From Macrostomum hystrix (lineage: Eukaryota; Animalia; Platyhelminthes): a stretch of 64,000 nucleotides of DNA. Position 1 is the stretch's first letter. Each line of letters opens with the position of its first letter. Below, one piece after another: positions 13,029-25,984 of this stretch. The DNA lies in assembly GCA_950097015.1 (NCBI GenBank), contig CATNEN010000035.1, positions 682,001-746,000 of the forward strand. Reading direction: 5' to 3'. The position numbers were made by a program, and so were the translations under genes. Below the pieces are notes generated by a model, which searched no databases, was not told the origin of the DNA, and was given only the letters and a program-made list of their open reading frames with translations.

Positions 13029-13397
13029 TAAGCTACCTGTATTAACTCTTTTACTCGTAAATGAGTATTAACTCATACTGAGTTCAAAAGTATGAACGAA
13101 GTCGTTGCTAAGGCTATCTGTCTTCGCAAAAGGACGGCAGCAAAGTCAAACTTCAAAGTAGAATCGAAATCCCATTGGGGGATAGAGAGGTAAATGGATA
13201 TGGACAGGTGTTGGCTGCTATTCCTGTGGATTGGCTGTCTGGTGAGCAAATCGATCTCTAGTTCTTTTTTAGGTTTTCCCCATACAGGGACTAAACTGGC
13301 TTTAAATGTCAACCCCACTGTACTGTGGACCCGAGGGTCTGTTGTAGCCATTATCAAACCGGCCGTTTTCCTCGCCAGAACCACCACCGAGATCACC

Positions 13398-16300
13398 ATG
13401 AGCTCGGGCGGCGTCGTGTCCAGGAGTTCGCGCACCGAGACCTCCGGGTCGTCGTTCGCCAGTCGCGGAGTCTATCGCGGCCTCTCGCCTGCCAGCCAGA
13501 CTCGGCTGGAGGTGAGAAATCGATTTTCAATCTGGGATTCTCTCTGGGAACTGTGCGCTTAGTACATATGCACTCGTTCACTGATCTACTTCGTAATACT
13601 CGTTGATTTGCAGTCTCGCATTAAAGAACTTGAAGACCTCCTGGAATTGGAGCGCGATGGGCGAGTCAGGGTGAGTGATTTCTGCTGGAATACCACTGCA
13701 TTACAGCCAAGTAAAAAATAATTATACTGTAAAGTGTTTGTTATACCATACATTCTTTGCAGTGTTAGCACGTAAATGAATAGGTTTGAAATCATTTGAA
13801 ATTTTCACATATCAATAAGGAAGTCTCAAAATGTACACACAGTAGACTAAACCCCACTCACTCCCAGATGTACACACAGTAGACTAAACCCAACTCACTC
13901 CCAGATGTACATACAGCAGACTAAACCCCACTTAACCCAGATGTACATCAGCAGACTAAACACCACCTCACCCCCAGATGTCACACAGCAGATTAAACCC
14001 CACTCACCCCAGATGTACACACAGCAGATTAAACCCCACTCACCCCAGATGTACACACAGCAGATTAAACCCCACTCACCCCAGATGTACACACAGCAGA
14101 TTAAACCCCACTCACCCCAGATGTACACACAGCAGACTAAACCCCACTCACCCCAGATGTACACACAGCAGATTAAACCCCACTCACCCCAGATGTACAC
14201 ACAGCAGACTAAACCCAACTCACCCCAGATGTACACACAGCAGACTAAACCCAACTCACCCCAGATGTACACACAGCAGACTAAACCCCACTTAACCCAG
14301 ATGTACACACAAAAACTGTTTGTCTCCACCTCTGGTAACCCAGCATTTGTTTCCCCTCTTTACCCACCCCAGGCTGAGCGCAACATGCACGACTACGCCT
14401 ATCAGCTGGAGGCGGCAAACGAGCGGCTTGAGGAGGCCGGCGGAATCAGCTCGCAGGCCCAGGAGCTGATCAGGCGCCGTGAGCAGGAGACTCTGAAGCT
14501 GAAGAAGGAGCTGGAGGCGGCCAACAGCCAGCTTGAGAGCGTTGAGCAGTCGGTGAAGAAGAAGTACACGCTGATCATCGCTGAGCTCACTAGCGAGCTG
14601 GAGAACGCCAACAAGCAGAAGGCCCGGGTGGAGAAGGAGAAGACCACGATGCTGGTGGAGATTGACAATATGGCCAGCCAGCTAGATATGGCCATTAAAG
14701 CTAAGGTGTTTACCTCTCTATGCCGCATTGCATATATTTGTGTAAGCGATGCCTAATCAACCGATGCCTTCCCTGGCAGAACTCTTTCGAATCCAAGTAC
14801 GAAGCCTTGGAGGCCCAGCTGCTGCGGCTGCGGGCTCAGAACGACGATCTGACGGCGCAGCTGCGCGCTATGCAAGAGTCGCTGAGCCGCCTCCAGAATG
14901 AGAACGTTGATCTCCAGCGGGCTGCTCATGACTACGAATCGCAGGCTGCCACGCTGAGCAAGGCACGCTCGTCGCTGCAGAACCAGCTGGACGATCTGAA
15001 GAAGACTCTGGATGAGGAGACGAGGGTAGGTTTCCGTTAGAGAGTTCGTAGTTGGAAATTCTGCCAGGAAGGAAATGCAGGCATTACAGTGTCTCAGTAG
15101 CGGGTGAGTAGCGGAACTGTAAACTCAAGCGACTCCCGCACCAATGTTTCTGAGCTCGATTCCGCGGCGAGGCCTCATTCACTTGGGACGCAGCCGCGGA
15201 TTGAAGCTTGGTGGCTTGTCGTGCAATTTAGGGCGCAAGAGTGAGCATGGACTCATTGGGATGGACAGAATGGCGTCCTCCCTGATTTCAGTGCCTTCAA
15301 TATTCACCCGTCCATAAAAAACATTTTCAGTCGCGCACCAACCTGCAGTCGCAGCTGATTTCGCTGCAGCAGGACTACTTCAGCCTGCAGGCCAAGTACG
15401 AAGAGGAGAGCGAGGCGGCTGGAAACCTGCGCACCCAGCTGTCCAAGCTGAACGCGGACTTGGCTTCTGCTAGGACCAAGTACGAGCGCGACATTGTGGT
15501 GAAGATCGAAGAGTACGAGGAGATCCGCAAAAAGTTGACCATCCGCATCACGGAGCTGGAGGACATCTCGGAGCGGGAGCGAAGCCGCGCCAGCAATCTA
15601 GAGAAGACCAAGCAGAAGCTGACGCTAGAACTGAGGGACCTCCAGGGTGACCTGGACGCCCTGCAGGCCGCTAACCAGGAGCTGGCGTCTCGCGCTCGTC
15701 AGGCTGAGTCGTCAGTGAGCCAGCTGACCATTCGTGTGGAGGAGCTGACCTCAGAGAACAGCAGCCTCTCTTCGGTCAACCACGAGTTGCAATCGGAGGT
15801 GTCCCGCCTGCGCAAGGATCTGCAGACCTCGGAGGATAAGCGCAGCCAGCTGGAGAGGGAGAACGCCCAGCTAACTTCGCAGCTGAAGGATGCCAACAGC
15901 AGCAACCGGGACCTCAATAGACGCCTGACTGAATCCGAGGCCGCGCGCAACCAGCTGCAGGCGGAGCGCGACTCGCTGGCCTCCTCGCTGCAGGACGCCG
16001 AGGAGGCTCTGCGCGAGCTTGAGCTGAAGTACCAGCAGACCACTCAGGCTCTGGCCTCGCTGAAATCCGATCTGGAGGCCCGGCTGCGTGACCGGGAGGC
16101 GGAGCTGGAGAGCATTCGTAGGAGCAGCCAGCGGACCATCGAGGAGCTGCATGTGACTATCACGGAGATCGAGACCAAATACAAGAGCGAGGTAAGCCGG
16201 GCGCGCAAGAAGTACGAGTCTCTGGCCGCGGACCTGGAGGCTCAGATCGACAACCTGAACAGGGCGAACGCCAGCCTCGCCAAGGACATCAAGTTGTTTC

Positions 16301-19177
16301 AATCGCGCGTCCACGAACTGGAGGTGCTCCTGGAGGAGGAGCGTCGGGCGCACGAGGCTACTCAGACGGCCGCCAGCTCGGCTGAAAAGCGTCGCGCCGC
16401 CGCTCAGGGCGAGCTGGAGCAGGCGCGCACCCTGCTGGAAGCGGCCGAGAGAAAGGCCAAGACGGCCGAGTCTGAGCTGCACGAGGCCAGCAGCCGGCTG
16501 GACCACCTGACTGCGCAGCTGCAGAGCCTGACCGCCGACAAGCGTCGCCTGGAGGCCGAGCTCTCCGGCGCTCAGATGGAGGCCGAGGAGGCGCAGTCGG
16601 CGCGCATGGCCGAGGCCGACCGGGCCAACCGGCTGGCCGGCGAGGCGCAGCGGCTGGCGGACGAGCTGCGAATGGAGCAGGAGAACTACAAGAATGCTGA
16701 GTCGCTGCGCAAGCAGCTCGAGGTTGGTTTAGCTTTATCTAGCCATTGAGTTGAGTGAATACATCAAACTATTCAGTTCGTTGTATCTATCCAAAACATC
16801 AAGATTTTCTGCTCCCATTTTGGGCGCATCCTCGGAGAGAATGCCTTATGGACTTGTGGTGCAATTTACGCTCTTCGAGAGCCAACCTCTAAGAGCGTGC
16901 AGTGCCTGACGATGAGAAAGCCGGCAAATGTACACACCCATGTACACTCACAAGAGTCAGCGGAATATAATTTTTTATTAAACCATTTAGTACAAGTAGC
17001 AGTCACTTCAAGCATGCAAGGTCAGGGACGAACATGAAAGTCAAGCATTGCGCTGGTATTTTCCAGATTGAAATCCGCGAGATCACGGTGAAGCTGGAGG
17101 AGGCTGAGGCGTTCGCCACCCGCGAAGGCCGCCGCATGGTGCAGAAACTGCAGGGCCGGGTGCGCGACCTCGAGGCCGAGCTCGACCAGGAGCAGCGTCG
17201 GGCCAAGGATAGCGTGGCCGCGGCGCGCAAGTTCGAGCGCCAGGCCAAGGAGGCGCTGGCGCAGGCTGAGGAGGAGCGCCGGATGATCGTGGAGCTGCAG
17301 GATCTGCTGGACAAGACTCAGCTCAAGCTGAAAACCTACAAGCGCCAGATTGAGGAATCCGTGAGTCGATTTTTCGATAAATTTTTTAAGGACACGGCCG
17401 ACTATCGTTCGTAAGTATCTGTGAGCATTCTGGGAGTGAGTGGCAGAGCGGTTAACACGTTTGCCTCTCTCGCACCAAGGTCCCTGAGCTCGACTTCACG
17501 GCGAGGCCGCATTCATTTCGGGCGCAGCCGCGAAGAGAAGGCTTGGGGGCTTGTCGTGCAATTTACGCCCTTGAGGGCCAACCTCCAAGGCACAGTGAGA
17601 GTATACACTGCCTGACGATGAGAAAGTTAGGGTAGATGTAGCTCGGACACACCTGTGTGAGTGTGTGCTCAGGAGTCAGCGAAATGGGCAGAATTGCCTC
17701 CTCACTGGCTGCGAGTCTAGTGTCACCAAATGATTTGCCATTGCCCCAATTATTATCATTATCTGTGAGCAGTGTGTATTGTTTTTGTCAGCGGAACAGG
17801 CTGGAAATTATTCTATAGTGCCTGATCTGATTCTCATCTCAAAAGCAGTTCTTCAAACTATATGGTGCTATTTTCTTTTATCAACCTTTCGAATCAGAAT
17901 CGCAATGGTTGCCACTCCTGTCGAAATGTCTGTCCGAGACTGTTCTAACATCCCATATCTTCTGGGAATCTCCCAGTCCCTGCATCCAGCCCGAAACGCA
18001 GCTGAAATGTCAAGCCAAGCGAGACTTTCACTCCCACCTCCAAGTGCGTCCCGGCAGTTGCGAATGTCCCCCAACCCCCACAAGCCAGCCAGCTGTTTGG
18101 CAGACTGCTGGGAAAATCATTGATCCAATTCGAAAGAGGAAACGAAGCAGGGGCTCGGACGGGACGGGTTTGAATTGGCGGGTAGTGACTAAATTTATAA
18201 GGTCAAGCGGTTTTGAAGCCGCTGTGTGCGCACTCGGTGTTGGAAAATTTTAGGGTGGGCGAGTTTTTGAAAGGCCCGTTCGCCGCAGTGCTTCAATACG
18301 GACTAGGTAAACAATGTTCGCGAATATAAAGGATTTTTCGGAATCGACCTTCTTTCTATAGAAAATAATTAAGTTTGCATCTGCTTTTCTTTGCATCTGA
18401 AATGTGTTTCTATGGGACTAAAATTTAGGTCTTCAGTCTCTTGAGTCCTTTGATTATATTTATAATATGTAGATTTTTCTGTTATAAGGTCTTGTGTCTT
18501 TTGATCATCTATCGTCTGTCTATAGTTCTTCCGTGTTCTGTCTATATATATTCTGTTTATACTCGCTAGATCCTCTGTCCTTAGATCCTCTGTCCTTAGA
18601 TCCTGTCCTTAGATCCTGTCCTTAGATCCTGTCCTTAGATCTTCTTTCTATAATCCCAAAATGTCTGTAGATATTCTGCCTATAAACTCCAAATGTCTAT
18701 AGATCTTCAGTCTAAAGATATTCTGGTTAAAATAGCTAGATCCTCTGTCCTTACACAAGGACAACTTAAGTATATATACGTTACTTGATTAGTCCTTGTC
18801 CTTAGATCCTATCCTTAGATCTTCTGTCCTTAGATCTTCTTTCTGTGTCTATAGATCTTCTGCCTATAAACCAAATATGTCTCTAGATTTATGTCTACAA
18901 ATCTTTCATCTATACATGAAGACATTGCGTCTGAAGATTTCTATTGCTAATCAAAGTGGAGCCGCCGCCTGCTCGAACACCGCAGGAGGAGGTGTCCGCC
19001 ATCTGCATGAACAAATACCGGAAGGCGCAGCAGCAGATTGAAGAGGCCGAGCATCGCGCTGACATCGCCGAGCGTACAATGTCTGTTAGGCGCGGCAGCA
19101 CCGTCATCAGGTCGGTGAGCATCTCGCGCGAAGTGAGCAGCAGCCGTAAGTCCGGCCGGGCCGTCAGCATCATGTGA
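13398..19177 (+). CDS. PRM: Paramyosin, ~875 aa; exons 13398-13511, 13614-13670, 14373-14705, 14780-15025, 15331-16722, 17067-17360, 18986-19177
   Basis: Headless myosin-rod coiled coil colinear with Schistosoma Sm97 as recalled ([28 protein letters not shown]; [29 protein letters not shown]; [19 protein letters not shown]). All introns are GT-AG and phase 0. Confidence 0.95.
13830..14312. repeat. Minisatellite, 36-nt unit (CACCCCAGATGTACACACAGCAGATTAAACCCCACT, ~13 copies) in a paramyosin intron
   Basis: Direct inspection. Confidence 0.95.
15100..15240 (+). mobile_element. SINE family A 5' fragment in a paramyosin intron
   Basis: GAGCTCGATTCCGCGGCGAGGCC...GCTTGTCGTGCAATTTA matches 17486-17560. 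Confidence 0.65.
16820..16970 (+). mobile_element. SINE family A internal fragment in a paramyosin intron
   Basis: GCCAACCTC...GCCTGACGATGAGAAAG...TGTACACAC...GGAGTCAGCG-like blocks are shared with the other copies. Confidence 0.7.
17432..17765 (+). mobile_element. tRNA-derived SINE family A, near full length
   Basis: A-box-like TGGCAGAGCGG (17441-17451), B-box-like GAGCTCGACTT (17486-17496), conserved body and (TTA/TCA)n tail. At least six related copies occur in the window. Confidence 0.75.
18560..18900. repeat. Degenerate 13-15-nt minisatellite (TAGATCCT[CT]GTCCT) in the last paramyosin intron
   Basis: Direct inspection. Confidence 0.8.
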
Positions 19178-20399
19178 GAGTTTTGTGAGGCTTGTTTGAG
19201 GCCAGAAAAAGGTTCAGCGATTCGACAGACCTGGCTTTCGATGCACAAGCTTTTTATTGCCAACGGAAGAACTATTGTTCTCTGTGAGTAAACAAGGAAA
19301 CCAACGAAAAAATTACCCTTGACAAATGTTCTTCAATTCTATGCTTATCGTGTTCTCTCCGCTACGATTTCCGCAAAGATGAGCTTGTGGCAACTGATAC
19401 AAAAGTACCATAGCAAAATTCAGTTGCCATGTAGCTGGGTTTTTTGGGCCAAATCGAAGCAATTAATTATATTTCACCTTTTATCTTGTACGTCAATTTT
19501 TCCAGTCAATTTTTTCCAACCTAACCTCAAAATGATTTCCCCTCCATTGTGCGAATATCGTTGATTTCATAGCAACAAAATATTTGCAAAACTGTGCACT
19601 AGCATTCTTTAAATTTATCGATTTCTTTCCGTCAAAATAAATTCTAGAACTCAATTCAACAGGTTTCGCTGCTTCTTAGTTTCATATTGCAGGCTTTTTA
19701 CTTAAATTTTCTTTTTCTCGCTGCGACTGCGTATGCTTTTGCTTTTTAACAAATTTCCTAATATGCCCTTTATAGGCTCGTAGGCACGCGCTTGCTTCTT
19801 AGTTACGCTTGATCGTTCTGCTTGACTCATAATTAATTAAATCAATAGAAACTTGTTGTGCGTTTGAAGTAAAGTAAGTTTAGTGAAATAAAACAGACAG
19901 ATAATTGAGATGGGGATTAATGCTCGCTTATATAGAGAAAAATAATACGAGCTATATTCGTCTCTGCCTTTTGTTTGACTTGACTCATTTTGACTCATGT
20001 TTTCTAAAAGCCAATTCGGCAGTGCTTTTCGCTGCTACCTACTAAACACAGTATGGTTAGTGTGTTTTCTTACATAGGAAGGTTATAATATTCCTGGGGG
20101 TTGAATATTCGGAATGTTGGTTGAGAAGACAGGACCTCTCGGTTAGGAGTCAGAAACAGGGCTACAACCTGCAAAAGTACTAACATCATTCGCAGAGAAA
20201 CCCTTGAGTAACAAACTATATTTCATAGCATACAATAACATTATAAGTAATTATAAGATCTGACGGCTGTTCAGCAACTTGTTGTTGTTTAATCGGATAG
20301 AGCGGGAAATTTTAACCCGTGTTCTGCATTTTCATGGCGATTGGTTGAATATTTTAAGAGACACGGAAAAAGCAAAATGTGGGCATTTGAAATACCCCG

Positions 20400-20555
20400 T
20401 TCCCAGTCGTCTTTCTACTGTTAACAGCTGGGTGAGCTGAAGCAATGCAGAGTCAATTGCATTGCTAGGGGACACAAGTTTATCCAGTGAAGTCAGGAAT
20501 CGAACCAACGACCTTCAAGTCTTGAGCTCAACGCTCTAACCCCTAGGCTACAGAC
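20400..20555 (-). mobile_element. SINE family B copy (tRNA head plus CORE-like domain)
   Basis: Reverse complement has GGTTCGATTCC and GCATTGCTTCAGCTCACCCAGCTGTTAA, as at 56830-56960. Confidence 0.7.
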
Positions 20556-20601
20556 CTTCAATACTACTTATGAGTAGTCGAGTTGTTAGCGCCTGACCAG
20601 A

Positions 20602-23089
20602 TCAGACAGGCATCGCTGGAGTCTCCTCATCGCCAGAAGCGGTCTGCGCCGAGCCTCGGCGGCCGCAGTACCAGCCTGCTGTGTGGATGATGCGACCCTC
20701 CAGCAGCATGTACAGCAGGTCAAGCAGCTCGCACAGAGTCAGCAGACTGCAGCCGATGTACAGTCCCAGCAGTCCGCCCGTGTCTGCCAGGAAGGCAGTC
20801 CAAGAATAGGACGCTGATAAAAGTACAAGCGGCGATCGAGCCGACGAGCCCCAGACGCTGACTCGCAGATGAGACTCGGCAACGTAAGAGCGAAACAGAC
20901 CCTCCAGGTGCACTGAATGGCTGCCATTGTTCAGCAGCTGGCGGGCCATCTTGTTCAGCCTCCATCGTGCCGGCGCGTCCTCCTCGCGCAGCAGCGGCTG
21001 CTGCTTGGCGAAGTAGGCGACGGTGGAGCTTCCGACGCCCGGCCAGCGGCCGAATGAGTACACGGCCCGGTAGGTGCGCGAGTGGCACGGCAGCTGGTTT
21101 GAGCAGCTCTCGCTGGCCAGCCGGTCAATCTGAGCCGTCTCCTCCAGGCTGGCGGATAGCAGGCGGCCCAGAATGTCGCTGGACGCCTCGGACAGGTTGA
21201 GACAGCGCGGCCAGCGCCGGTGCTCCCAGAACAGCGGGTAGCCGGACGGTTGGCAGCCGAAGCGCCCGATGAACATGGCGTGCTTGAGTCGCTGGAAACA
21301 GGTCAGCCGGTTGTAGTGGAATTCCACTGGGGCGTCTGAAATGGCCGGTCACTACTTGGCAGATTCTCTGTCTTGAAACGGAATCAGCGATTCATCAATT
21401 TATTGAAGGCAATTGAAGTTATTAGATTCCATACAGAATTTGAGCTGCGGTAGACATTTGTGCGGGTATTGCGGCCACTCGCCCATGCAGTCCACGCCGG
21501 CTACGCCTACGATCTCGACGAAGGGCAGCATGAAAGCATTTCGATTGGCTCACCTGTCAGGTAATCTCTGTAGATTACATCAGGGGCTCCGGGAGTGCAC
21601 TGATTCTCGTGCAGCTCCTCGCTGGCAGCGCTCTCCTCCATCTCCAGGACCACCGAGTAGCCGTTGCCAGGAGCAACCAGGAAGCTGCTGCCCGGGGCCA
21701 CAGCCGGGTATTCGCCAGGTGGCACCAGCATCATGGTGTAGCCAGAGACCTGCGGTTTGAAAGTTTCAATTCTATGAAACTGCGATAAATTAGTTTTTCG
21801 ATTCATCCCAAAATGAATGACCCACCTTCAGCTCCTCAGCACCTCCGGCGTGCTGCCAGTCGGCGAACTCCAGCGACTCATTTCCACCTCTTGACCTGAT
21901 TGGTTCAATCGGCCTCCCGGTGTAGTTAAAGTCCGCAAAATAGGGATCAGTGGACAGCCAGATGTGCAGCACGCTGCCGCTTGACTGCATGAGTCGGCGT
22001 AGCTCACTCGTGAGCACGGGTCGGAAGCAGATTAGATTGGTCGGATGGTGGAACTCCTCCATGGCCACCTGGTCGACGCGAAAGTGGCTGACGAGTTCGC
22101 AGCGCAGGACTGACTGCAACCTGCGCTGCGCCAGGTGCCTGCGGGACGATATAGATGAAAATCTTTATACTACCGCTCTAAGTAGTGTCGTTAGTACGTC
22201 ATTATCCAAACATTGCTGAATTATATGTAACCGGGAGGATATTTCAAAAACCCACCTCTGTGTTTTTTCTGTATATCCCAAAATATTCGACCAATTCAGA
22301 ACACGGGTTCAGAAAATTTTCCGCTTTATCCAATGAGACAACTTCCAGAATCTTAAAACATCGGCATCGGCGAGATATTCAACGATTCTCGTCGAGTTGT
22401 CTGGTGGCAAAAAAAACTAATTTTATATTGTATTGATAATATTGTTAATTTATACACATTTAAACAAATATGGATTCGCCAAAAAGTTTTATTCAGACCA
22501 ATATATTATCTATATTATCGACCGGTTAAACAGTCATCCGGTTCTACTTTAGATATCATTGTTTCAGAATTCACCCAGGTGCAATACGTGTACGGGCTGT
22601 CACCAGCTCCTCACCAGTTCACCAGCTCCTTTCTTCTATAAATTTGATAAAATCCTACCTGATCACCATTGAGACTGGTAGTGAGCTCTGAATAAAGGAC
22701 GCCTTGAGCAGTAGATCACTGTCATTGGTCCAGCTGTTGTACAGGTTGCTCAGCCGGGCCAGCTCCGAGTTGACAGCTTCGGCTGCCGTGGGACTCAATG
22801 CGAACGGATGGCTGCCAGAATAGGGATTGTTCGGACAGAAGTACAGCTCAGGAAATACGAAAGACACTCGGCCAGCCTCGTAGGTTGTAGTGAGTTCAAC
22901 ACTCTGCAGCTTCCTCACCAGGCCTCTAGATGTATTCAGGAATAGGCCTAGGAACACTAGGAACAGAATTCCCCACATGACCTTGAGCGGGGTGGCTCTG
23001 GCTATGGCCACCCGGCTGATGCCATGCGCCGTACTCGTGGTCAGCGCTTCTGTCAGCAGTTCGCATTTTGAACGACCCGCGTAGGCCAT
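20602..23089 (-). CDS. DEG/ENaC (amiloride-sensitive sodium channel family) subunit, ~557 aa; exons 23089-22659, 22138-21826, 21749-21554, 21335-20602
   Basis: Pre-M1 STAHG, TM1, FPELYFCPNNPY, and TM2 FLADTGGLLGLYIGCSLLTLCEL with a GxS filter. Intron phases 2, 0 and 1 join without stops. Confidence 0.9.
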
Positions 23090-23384
23090 TTATCGATTAG
23101 AACGAATAGGCGAATGTGTTAGTGGGAATCGAACCTGTGACCTGTGCCGGGTCGTCTAAGGTGTATGCGCGTTTAAAGTTTGCAGGCATATAATGAAAGA
23201 ATTACTCCGCTCTGATTGGTTGCAAGAATGGGGAACTAGTAGCCAGCCTCTGATTCTGTCCTCTATCATATTGGTTGCTCAGTTGCTCCAATCAAACATT
23301 TTCCTCAGCAATTCTTCCATTCTCAACTGCCCAGTGATTCCTCTCTGACGGATCCAGCACTGCCATTTTTAGTCTGACAGATCT

Positions 23385-23690
23385 TGCACTGCCATTTCCT
23401 CTCTGTTTCCAGTGCCATTTCCTCTCTGTTTCCAGTGCCATTTCCTCTCTGTTTCCAGTGCCATTTCCTCTCTGTTTCCAGTGCCATTTCCTCTCTGTTT
23501 CCAGTGCCATTTCCTCTCTGTTTCGAGTGCCATTTCTTCTCTGTTTCCAGTGCCATTTCCTCTCTGTTTCCAGTGCCATTTCCTCTCTGTTTCGAGTGCC
23601 ATTTCCTCTCTGTTTCCAGTGCCATTTCATCTGTTTCCAGTGCCATTTCCTCTCTGTTTCCACTGCCATTTCCTCTCTGTTTCCAGTGCT
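23385..23690. repeat. Minisatellite, 23-nt unit (TGCCATTTCCTCTCTGTTTCCAG, ~13 copies)
   Basis: Direct inspection. It explains the ORF cluster at 23292-23790. Confidence 0.95.
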
Positions 23691-25984
23691 TCACAGTTTA
23701 GCGGATGCCTCAGTCTTCGAAAATTTCGTCCAAAACCTATTTGTGCATCAACTAGAGCGGCAAATGGTGAACAGCATGTCTAATTGCTAATTGTATGGCT
23801 CTATTTGTATAGCATTTAGGCCTTTAAGAATGCAATATTTTCAGCAATGAAAGCTTGTTTAACCCTTGCCAAATAACGGGACGAAAAATGATTGGCGCGG
23901 TAAACCTGATGACACAATAAAATGCAACTAACGATCATTTGACATTTCCTTTCAGCTAAACTAGTTGCCTAAACACACATGTATGCTTGCTTACACCAAC
24001 TGCGGGATGCATTTGTTTTATTGCCCATTATCTTTCTAAGAATTACCAGAGCAGATAGGTACGGACAACAATATAGGCGATATGGCGTGTTCGATAGTAG
24101 GGGTCAGGTTTTTTTTAAATGCACTGGTGGCACGGGGCTGCAGATACAAACGAAGCACAGGTAGCCAAGGGTAACCTGTGCATTTCATAATCACGGAAGA
24201 TAAATTCTCGACCGAATTTTTTGCTGGGATCAATGGCCAACAGCTGCATGTTAGGATTTTTGTTTTCATAGAAACATAGGCAGATTCATAAATTTCCTTG
24301 CGATAAGCATCTGCCTCACATTTGACCTTTTTAACCAGAGGTTTTGCAGATCTTGGATACTACATCAGCTATAGCTATATAGCGCATGCAAATTTTCTAG
24401 ACTAGCATAAATAAACTTTATGACATGTACTCATACTGTGTAGTCCATACTATTGTTTTCAAGCGAACGTGACTGTGCCAATTAGGCAGCTAAATATGGT
24501 AACATATCAAATAATACCACACCATCAGGCCTTACAAACACAGAGGCACCCGCTCTATAGAGATGCTTGGTAAAGACTAGTAATGAGACCAAAAAAGAGG
24601 CAATGATTGCCGCTAGAAGGACTCTATGCTGGGCATCTACTGGCCGGGTGTCCTGGTCAGTGCTGAAAGCAAGGCCTTTCGCATAGGGGGTTCTTTTGTA
24701 CTTTGCACGATCCTACCTTAGCTGGGGCAGAGGCATTTGCTAAAGTTTAAATATAAAGGTTCAATCCCTTCTTTACAAGGTCTGTACCGTGCTTCATTGA
24801 TGAAAACCTAATCTCTTATGAATGCGGCTCTGTGTGCAAACTTTACTGCTATTAGCATATTATCGTACCGTATTTATATTAGAGTTACATTATTACTATT
24901 ATCTTCTATTAATTAACCTGCCAACAAACTTCTCTCAGATAGCAGTGACATCTACTCACTAGCCCACATGCTTTACCGAGCCCTGCCGTGCTCTGATTGG
25001 TCCAACGTTGTACAGTAAGCTTGGAGGGAGTTAGGGCTGGTGAAATTACATAATTGTTACGCAACAGCTAATTAATTATGAATTTACTTATTAATTGTCC
25101 AAATTACTTATGAAAGTATTTGTCTCAAAGCTTTACATTTAGTAGATTAATAAAATTCACATTACTTTGGGGTAAATTACTAAGGGATTCACGTAAATTA
25201 AAATGACATTTGAAGGTTAAGCTCTCGTCACGCTTGAGTGAATCGGAACAATAGGAAGCGGAGGTGGGATGGGTGTTTTGATGGGTCTGTGGGATCAATG
25301 CGATCACTCATCGAGTCACGTGCTTTGCAGACCAATGTGAATTTGATGACCAGGCTGGCCTCAAGGCTCCCTTTCAATTCTATGGGGGAAACTGGCAGGT
25401 AATATTGGATTAAAAATAGTAAAATTAAGCACCAACTGCTTGGGATCGAGTTTGGACACATCTGAATAAATGTATCTAGCAGTAAGATGTGCTCATCAAA
25501 AGAGTGTCATATAATTAATTTATATTCGGGCCAAAATATAGTGCGACAACATGCAAACTGCATTCGATGGGTCTAACTGGTCATGAATCTTAGAGAGTTA
25601 GCATCGTGTCAACGCAAAAATAGGGTTAATCTGTATACAAAATCACATCGCGAATGATGTTTTTATTATCGTGCTAATTCCTTTCATACTATGATTCATC
25701 CCAAAAATTATTTGAAAATAAATAAAGACTTGTAACTATACCATTGTTTTCACATTTGTGTAACTTATTTTAGCGTTTACTTTTTATGAAAATTTGTTAA
25801 AACATAATAAAAAATTTAACTGAAAAAATTATTTTATTTCTACATTACATAAGTCCACCGTCAAAACTTGTCACATAGGGGGCCTAACTCTACTTCTTAG
25901 CTCACGTTTTTAATTTTAGCGTGTCTTTACCGTCAGCATATTATTGATTAAAAGCTTTGCCTTGAAAAAACATATTTGCAAATA

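Noticed and set aside
15375-17314. Antisense ORFs over the paramyosin exons; similar ones over cGLR, DEG/ENaC, TRAPPC11 and RAD17
   Set aside because: Expected shadow ORFs of GC-rich coding sequence.
17868-18083. Minus-strand ORF containing LDISAAF, resembling an RT motif
   Set aside because: No other RT motifs in frame; likely coincidence or unrecognisably decayed.
19560-20215. Possible solo LTR on the minus strand (TGTTA start, TATA at ~19930)
   Set aside because: No second copy, TSD or defined CA end could be established.
24082-25398. Exon-like pieces 24082-24160 and 25331-25398 that would join to MACSIVGVRFFLNALVARGCRYKRSTDQCEFDDQAGLKAPFQFYGGNWQ
   Set aside because: Phases are compatible, but the first donor is weak, there is no convincing next exon and no recognisable family. 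It needs RNA-seq.
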